Positions 58,052 to 64,000 of a stretch of DNA of 64,000 bases are shown here, one piece after another (the stretch's first letter is position 1; each line of letters opens with the position of its first letter). The notes beneath the pieces were generated by a model. The model did no database searches. It worked only from the letters and a program-made list of their open reading frames with translations, and had not been told where the DNA came from. Origin of the DNA: Akkermansia muciniphila (GTDB taxonomy: Bacteria > Verrucomicrobiota > Verrucomicrobiia > Limisphaerales > SIAT01); contig CAMDJP010000001.1 in the NCBI GenBank assembly GCA_945900775.1, forward strand, positions 11,168 through 75,167. Direction: 5' to 3'. A program made the position numbers and the translations under genes.

Positions 58052-61018
58052 ATGTTCATTCGAACCAATGCAGCGTTAGGAACTCTCCTGTGCATTCTTT
58101 GCGCAGCCATCTCGGTGCAGGCGGCGGAACCGGCAGCCACGGAAGCGACACTCCTCGGCAACATTCGCCAGCTCACCTTTGAGGGAAAGCGCAGTGGCGA
58201 AGGTTACTTCTCGACCGACGGCAACCAGCTCATCTTCCAGAGCGAACGCGAGGCAGACAATCCGTTCTACCAGATCTACATCCTCGACCTGAAAACGGGC
58301 GACACGCGGCGCGTCTCGACCGGCACAGGCAAAACCACGTGCGCCTTCTTCCGTCCGAAATCGGATGAGGTGCTCTTCGCCTCGACTCATCTCGACGCCG
58401 AGACGAAGCAGAAGCAGAAGACCGAACTCGATTTTCGCGCGAGCGGCAAGACGCGCCGGTACGCATGGGACTATGACGAGCGGATGGATATCTTCACCAG
58501 CCGTCGCGATGGCTCGGGTTTGAAGCGCCTGACCGATTCTCTCGGCTACGACGCGGAGGCGGCCTATTCACCTGATGGTTCAAAAATCATCTTCTGTTCC
58601 ATTCGCGACGCCTATCCGGAATCGAAACTAAGCCCAGCCGAGCAGCAAAAGCTCAAACTTGATCCTTCTTATTTTGCTGAAATCTACATCATGAACGCCG
58701 ATGGCAGTGGAGCGAAGCGACTCACCCGCACCCCCGGTTACGATGGCGGGCCGTTCTTCTCGCCCGACGGTCAGCGCATCATCTGGCGGCGGTTCAGCGA
58801 GAAGGGCGATACGGCTGATGTGTACACGATGAAACTCGACGGCAGCGATGTGCGCCAGCTCACCGACTTCGCATCGGTTTCGTGGGCACCGTATTTTCAT
58901 CCGATGGGGGGCTACGTCCTCTTCGCGGCGAATAAGCTCGGCTTCGCGAACTTCGAGCTCTACCTCGTCGACGCCGCGGGTACGAAGGAGCCGGTGCGCG
59001 TGACCTTTACCGACGGCTTCGATGGTCTGCCGGTCTTTTCGCCGGACGGCAAGAAACTCTGCTGGACTTCGAACCGCACCGCAGAAAACAAGTCGCAGCT
59101 CTTCCTCGCGGACTGGAACCATGAAGCCGCGCTCGCGTCCCTCAAAGCCGCCTCAGCGCGCGTGGTCAAACCTCTGCCGGTCACATCGACTAACGCTCCG
59201 GCGCCGTCGCAGACAAACAAGGTGACACTGCCCTCGGCAAAGCTTTCCTCGGAAATCCGTGCGGGCGATTTCCGTCGTCACGTGGATGTGCTCGCTTCTG
59301 CAAAGCTCGAGGGTCGAATGACAGGCACACCCGGCATCCGGCTCGCCGCCGATTATCTTGTCGAACGTCTAAAGGAGACTGGTCTCCAGCCGGGTGGTGA
59401 AAGCAATACGTGGTTTCACTCCTTTGAATTCAATGCCGCCAGCGCCATTGTGACAAATCAGACGAAGTTTACGACTATCAGTGCGGACGGAAAAGCGGTA
59501 CCGCTCCAACTCGACCGAGATTTCCGGCCGTTCAGCTTCTCAGCCAACCAGAGCGTTGAAGGGGAGCTGGTCTTTGGCGGTTACGGTCTCGCAATCACAC
59601 GCGGGCACGACGTCTCGGACCCATTCGGCGGGGTCAACATCTCGAACAAGATTGTCATCGTGCTTCGCTACTGGCCAACGACCAAAGATGAAAAGCTCGC
59701 TACTGAGCAGCGTAATGCCGCGGGATTGATTCAGAAAGCGCAAGCGGCCAAGCAGCGCGGCGCGAAAGGGATGCTGATCGTCTCCGGACCGAACTCGGAA
59801 AACGCCGGCCGACTAGCCCCATTTGATCTGGGCGGCGGCAACGCGGGTATTCCTTGCGCGAGCATCACAGGCGAAACCGCCCAGAAGCTGCTCGCATCCT
59901 CCGGCAAGACGCTCAAGCAATTACAGGATACTGCGGACCAAGGCGCGACCAACGCGACCGCGGCTTTTGCCTTATCGGGCGTGAAGGTGAAACTCGCTGT
60001 TGAACTGAAGCGCGAGAAAAAGGCCGATCGCAATGTGATCGCGATGCTGCCGCCCAGCGGAAAAGCCGCGACGAACGAATATGTGATGCTCGGCGCGCAC
60101 TACGATCACCTCGGTCTCCGGCTCATGCCGCCGCCGCAGGGGAAAACCGGCCCTGACACAGAAGCGACCCACTTCGGTGCGGATGACAACGCCTCGGGCA
60201 CCGCACTCGTGCTCGAATTGGCCGCGGCGCTAGCTGAGGAGCGGCGCAAAAACCCGCAGGCATTTCCGCGCGGCGTACTGTTCGGCTTTTGGTCGGGCGA
60301 AGAAATCGGGCTGCTGGGGTCGGCGAAGTTCGCCGAAAAGCCGACCGTGCCGCTGACAAACATCACGGCCTATCTCAACTTCGATATGGTCGGCCGCCTA
60401 CGAAACAACAAGCTGGTCATGCAAGGGCTGGCGTCATCGCCCGGCTGGAAGCGGCTCATCGAGAAGGGCAATGTCGCTGCCGGCTTCAGTCTGACGTTGC
60501 AGGACGACCCGTTTCAGCCAACCGACACAACCTCGTTTTATCCCAAAGGCATTCCCGTGCTCGCGCTCTTTACCGGCTTACACGACGAATACCATAAGCC
60601 CACAGATACTGCGATCACCCTCGAGTACGCAGGCGCCGAGCGCATCGCGCAATTTGCACAGCAAATCACCTTAGATCTGGTGAAAATGCCCGAGCGGCTT
60701 TCTTACGTGAAGGTGGAGCGTGGCGGCGCTAATCGCGGCCAGCGCGAAGGGTTGCGCGCTTACATCGGCACCATTCCCGACTACGCGAGCGACATCAAGG
60801 GACTCCGTCTCTCCGATGTGCGAGCCGGTGGACCGGCAGCCAAAGGTGGATTGAAGGGCGGCGATGTGATCACCGAGTTCAACGGCAAGAAAGTGGAGAA
60901 CATCAATGACTACACGGCTGCGATTGATGGGGTGAAGATTGGCCAACCGGTGAAGGTCGTCGTGCAACGCGATGGGAAACGAGTGGAACTGAGTGTCACG
61001 CCTGAGGCTCGGAACTAA
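58052..61018 (+). CDS. Exported M28 peptidase with PD40/TolB-like propeller, PA and PDZ domains
   Basis: Repeated FSPDG; GAHYDHLG, GADDNASG, GEEIGLLGS, NFDMVGR and YHKPTD motifs; C-terminal PDZ. Confidence 0.92.
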   Translation: MFIRTNAALGTLLCILCAAISVQAAEPAATEATLLGNIRQLTFEGKRSGEGYFSTDGNQLIFQSEREADNPFYQIYILDLKTGDTRRVSTGTGKTTCAFFRPKSDEVLFASTHLDAETKQKQKTELDFRASGKTRRYAWDYDERMDIFTSRRDGSGLKRLTDSLGYDAEAAYSPDGSKIIFCSIRDAYPESKLSPAEQQKLKLDPSYFAEIYIMNADGSGAKRLTRTPGYDGGPFFSPDGQRIIWRRFSEKGDTADVYTMKLDGSDVRQLTDFASVSWAPYFHPMGGYVLFAANKLGFANFELYLVDAAGTKEPVRVTFTDGFDGLPVFSPDGKKLCWTSNRTAENKSQLFLADWNHEAALASLKAASARVVKPLPVTSTNAPAPSQTNKVTLPSAKLSSEIRAGDFRRHVDVLASAKLEGRMTGTPGIRLAADYLVERLKETGLQPGGESNTWFHSFEFNAASAIVTNQTKFTTISADGKAVPLQLDRDFRPFSFSANQSVEGELVFGGYGLAITRGHDVSDPFGGVNISNKIVIVLRYWPTTKDEKLATEQRNAAGLIQKAQAAKQRGAKGMLIVSGPNSENAGRLAPFDLGGGNAGIPCASITGETAQKLLASSGKTLKQLQDTADQGATNATAAFALSGVKVKLAVELKREKKADRNVIAMLPPSGKAATNEYVMLGAHYDHLGLRLMPPPQGKTGPDTEATHFGADDNASGTALVLELAAALAEERRKNPQAFPRGVLFGFWSGEEIGLLGSAKFAEKPTVPLTNITAYLNFDMVGRLRNNKLVMQGLASSPGWKRLIEKGNVAAGFSLTLQDDPFQPTDTTSFYPKGIPVLALFTGLHDEYHKPTDTAITLEYAGAERIAQFAQQITLDLVKMPERLSYVKVERGGANRGQREGLRAYIGTIPDYASDIKGLRLSDVRAGGPAAKGGLKGGDVITEFNGKKVENINDYTAAIDGVKIGQPVKVVVQRDGKRVELSVTPEARN

Positions 61019-61041
61019 CGCGAACGGCTCTTCGTGACCGA

Positions 61042-63258
61042 TTAGTTGTCTAGTGAGCGATACAGCTCACGGAGGCGATTGGTGTCGAGTCCGGGCGCAT
61101 CACGGTCAAGTAACCAACTGATATCCTCCTTCGCGCCTATTTTATCACCTGACTGGGCGCGGAGTAGGGCACGGTTCAGTCGTTCGCCTGCTGCGTCTGG
61201 CGAGAGCGCAATCAGCGTGTCGAGATAATGCAGACCTCCCTGTGGTGCCTCGCCACCATTGTTAATGCCGATGAGGTTGCGCAGCATCCGCACGATGATT
61301 TCTCGTTTGGTCGTCGGCTTAAGATGTTCTTCACGTAGCTCGCCGCCAGTGTTGGCGCGCACGATTGCTGCCGCGTCCGATTGGCTGAGTTTCTTGCCAC
61401 CTTCATACACGTCAATCAACTGCCCTTTGCCGACCTTCGGACGATACTCGACAACGAAATGGCTGGGCAGCGGAACACCGACAACCTCCGGTACACCGAT
61501 GCGCGCCGCGAGTTCCATATAGAGTACCGCGAGCGTGATAGGAATGCCCTCGCGGTCATCCATCACCTCGTTAAGATAGCTGTTGGCACGGTTGTAATAA
61601 TCGCCGCGGCTGCCGTGAAATCCGCTCTCAAAAAAAAGAAACTTTGAGAGTGTGTCGAGGCGGGTCTCTGGCGCCGCATCCTTCGGCAGCTTCATGGAAA
61701 CCTGCTTGGCAAACTCGTCTAACTCGCGCCGGTAGTGGAGAAAATCAAGTTCGGCATTGTCGAGTTTTGAGACCAGCAATGCCGCTTGAAAGAGGTCAAT
61801 CTTCTCCTCGGGTTGAGCGAGAGTTTTCAAGAGCTCAGCCTGCACGCCACTTTGGTGGACAGCCGCGGCAAGCCGGCGTAACTGCGCAGCTTGCTTTTCC
61901 ATTCGCTTGGCACGCTCTCGAAGTAGATTTTGATTTGCGTTGGCTTTTTCTTTCAGCGCGCCGACCAGCAATGAATCGAGTGCCGCATCTGGTGTCATGG
62001 CTGCGAGTTGCTTCTCCAAGGCGTCGCTTAAGACGGCAGGAGATTCGACGGGCGGCAATTTGGCGGCGATCTGGAATTGTTTGAACTCAGCTTTCGTATT
62101 GCGGAACTTCGCGAGGCCGGTCTTGCCGTCCCGCAGACCGTCATCCTCGATTTCGATTACGAGTTGGCCATTCACGGAGCCGAATATTTTCCCCTTCTCG
62201 TGTCGGATCTTGAGTGCATTCCATTCTCCAGGTCGGTAATGGGGGGTTGAGACCTCGCGAAGGATGGTCCACTCGAAGACAGTCGGCCCGTCAAAACGCG
62301 TGAGGCGTATTTTTCCTGCGGACGGATAGAAACCGTAATGCTTGTCGGCGCCATCCGCGGCGAAAGCAAGTCCAGCCGCGCCCGCTTCATCATCGAGTTT
62401 TACCATGACGCTGACTTCGTACGCCGGCGTCGGCATGGGGCGCTGTGAGAGACAAAGCGCCCGCCCGCCAAAACCTTTGCCGCTGCCTTCGACAAGAATC
62501 CGACCGGCACGCTGACTCCAGCGGGCATCGAAAATCGGCTGCCAGTCGGCGGAATTGAGGGTGCCGATGGTAAGCCATCGGCTCATAGGTACGGGATTGG
62601 GTTTGGCGAGAAGCGGCTTGAGCGCATTCACCGGCATCGCGAATCCAAGGTTCGGCGTGAGTGTGGACTTGAGCGTCATCACCCCTTGCACGCGTCCCTC
62701 CAAATCGAGCAACGGACCGCCGCTGTTGCCGGGCTCGACCGGAATGGCGACCTGAATCATCTCGCTGAACTCGAAGTCGCGCTTGGCGGAAACTACCCCA
62801 GCCACGACGCTGCCGCGCAGACCAAGAGGATTGCCGATGGCTACGACGACGGTTCCTTGTGCCAGCTTTTCGGAATCGCCTAGCACCAGCGGCTTGAGAT
62901 CTTTTGCTGCGATGCGCAGCACGGCGAGGTCGAGCTTGCGATCCCAAGCATGAATTTCAACGACATCGAATTTCTTGCCGTCAGCGAGTTGCACCGCGAT
63001 GGGGCGTGCCTCGCCGATCACGTGGAAGCTGGTGGCAATCAGACCGTCGCCGACGACAAAGCCGGTGCCGGTGCCGTCAATCGCGTTGCCGCGACCGCCA
63101 TGGAGAACAGTGACGACCGAAGCGCGCGCTGCCGCCGCGACTTCTGCGACGGATTTCGCCGGCGCGTTGACTTTTGTGAGTGGGTCAATTTTCTCAGCCG
63201 CGATGAGCAGAGCGACCGAGGTGAGCCATAACGCAGCAAGAACGCCAACGCGTTTCAT
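61042..63258 (-). CDS. Exported trypsin-like protease + DUF1080/ConA-like + SirB1 (transglutaminase-like/TPR) fusion
   Basis: TSFHVI, DLAVL and PGNSGGP triad; GEWNALKI; DYY...NSYLNEV...REGIPITL and PSHF motifs. Confidence 0.82.
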   Translation of the reverse strand: MKRVGVLAALWLTSVALLIAAEKIDPLTKVNAPAKSVAEVAAAARASVVTVLHGGRGNAIDGTGTGFVVGDGLIATSFHVIGEARPIAVQLADGKKFDVVEIHAWDRKLDLAVLRIAAKDLKPLVLGDSEKLAQGTVVVAIGNPLGLRGSVVAGVVSAKRDFEFSEMIQVAIPVEPGNSGGPLLDLEGRVQGVMTLKSTLTPNLGFAMPVNALKPLLAKPNPVPMSRWLTIGTLNSADWQPIFDARWSQRAGRILVEGSGKGFGGRALCLSQRPMPTPAYEVSVMVKLDDEAGAAGLAFAADGADKHYGFYPSAGKIRLTRFDGPTVFEWTILREVSTPHYRPGEWNALKIRHEKGKIFGSVNGQLVIEIEDDGLRDGKTGLAKFRNTKAEFKQFQIAAKLPPVESPAVLSDALEKQLAAMTPDAALDSLLVGALKEKANANQNLLRERAKRMEKQAAQLRRLAAAVHQSGVQAELLKTLAQPEEKIDLFQAALLVSKLDNAELDFLHYRRELDEFAKQVSMKLPKDAAPETRLDTLSKFLFFESGFHGSRGDYYNRANSYLNEVMDDREGIPITLAVLYMELAARIGVPEVVGVPLPSHFVVEYRPKVGKGQLIDVYEGGKKLSQSDAAAIVRANTGGELREEHLKPTTKREIIVRMLRNLIGINNGGEAPQGGLHYLDTLIALSPDAAGERLNRALLRAQSGDKIGAKEDISWLLDRDAPGLDTNRLRELYRSLDN

Positions 63259-64000
63259 ACATCGCAGAGTTCGATGGCCTGCGCGAGCGAGGCAATCTTA
63301 TCGCGCACAGGAATGAATTCCTGTCCGACGTAACCTTGGTAGCCGGTTTCGACAATGGCTTTCATGATGGGTCGATAGTTGATTTCCTGCGACTCATCGA
63401 TTTCGTTCCGGCCAGGATTACCAGCGGTATGGTAATGACCGATCCAATTCTTGTGCTGCTTGATTCGGGCGATGACGTCGCCGTGCATGATCTGCACATG
63501 ATAAATGTCGAAGAGTACCTTCAGGCGTTCTGAGCTGATGAGTCGGCAGATTTCGACCGATTGATCGATGTTGTCGCAGAAGTAATCCGGATGGCCCTTC
63601 ATTTCCACGGCCACCCGCGAGTTGAGCATCTCGAGGCAGAGGGTGACCTTCTTCTTCTCGGCGTGACCAACAATCTTCTTCAATCCAGCAACCATGTTCC
63701 GCATCGCAATGTCATCGGTGAGGCCGCGGCGGAACCCAGAAAAGGTGATGACACTCGCCACGCCCGCCGCCGCACACTCGTCGATGCGCTTCTCGAGGGT
63801 GGCAATGCACTCAGCGTGTTCCTCCGTGTGCGCAAAGCCTTTGGCGAACCCGTGGCTACCTGCGATGGCGCAGGCAAGGCCGCGCTCCTTGAGCAACGGC
63901 CAGAATTTCGGCGCGATTAGCTCGACAGATTTCAACCCCAGTCGCGCAGCGTGGCCAATCAATTCCTCTTCCGGCAGGGGCTTGAAACACCACGGGACAA
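63255..64000 (-). CDS. Hydroxypyruvate isomerase (Hyi)-like TIM barrel protein, 5'-truncated by the window
   Basis: LEMLNS, FDIYHVQIM, HTAGNPGRNE and GQEF motifs; frame open to the window end. Confidence 0.88.
   Translation of the reverse strand, partial: VPWCFKPLPEEELIGHAARLGLKSVELIAPKFWPLLKERGLACAIAGSHGFAKGFAHTEEHAECIATLEKRIDECAAAGVASVITFSGFRRGLTDDIAMRNMVAGLKKIVGHAEKKKVTLCLEMLNSRVAVEMKGHPDYFCDNIDQSVEICRLISSERLKVLFDIYHVQIMHGDVIARIKQHKNWIGHYHTAGNPGRNEIDESQEINYRPIMKAIVETGYQGYVGQEFIPVRDKIASLAQAIELCDV

Noticed and set aside
1-64000. CRISPR arrays, IS elements, integrases, prophage or defence systems
   Set aside because: No spaced direct repeats, terminal inverted repeats, att duplications or matching ORFs were seen by eye.

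Overview
GC-rich, gene-dense bacterial chromosomal segment, most likely Verrucomicrobiota (inferred from the PVC-typical DUF1549/DUF1553-DUF1501-WD40 module, a planctomycete-type cytochrome c domain, many exported Gfo/TIM-barrel/PQQ-propeller proteins, and LPS genes). It holds about 55 CDS, mostly housekeeping or metabolic (guaA, degP, hisS, xylB, bioF/bioA, ccsA-hemA-hemC, chdC, hisD/hisC, ilvB, aguA, lnt, frameshifted prfB, trpC), plus RNase P RNA and tRNA-Pro(GGG). I saw no transposase, integrase, prophage or CRISPR array. Most interesting: (1) a cluster of cytochrome c/FGE-fold protein + Tat-exported Gfo dehydrogenase + ApbE, whose FGE-fold protein carries a flavinylation-like DAVSRPT motif; (2) a HAD hydrolase / deoxyhypusine-synthase-like / HldE-type kinase operon; (3) an unannotated valine-only leader-peptide attenuator upstream of ilvB; (4) an RNase P RNA lacking P18 with an extra helix in L8; (5) an RluA-methyltransferase fusion and a protease-DUF1080-like-SirB1 fusion; (6) repeated promoter spacing that suggests leaderless mRNAs. 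All family calls come from motif recognition by eye, not database searches, and many starts were moved from the ORF track to the more plausible codon.
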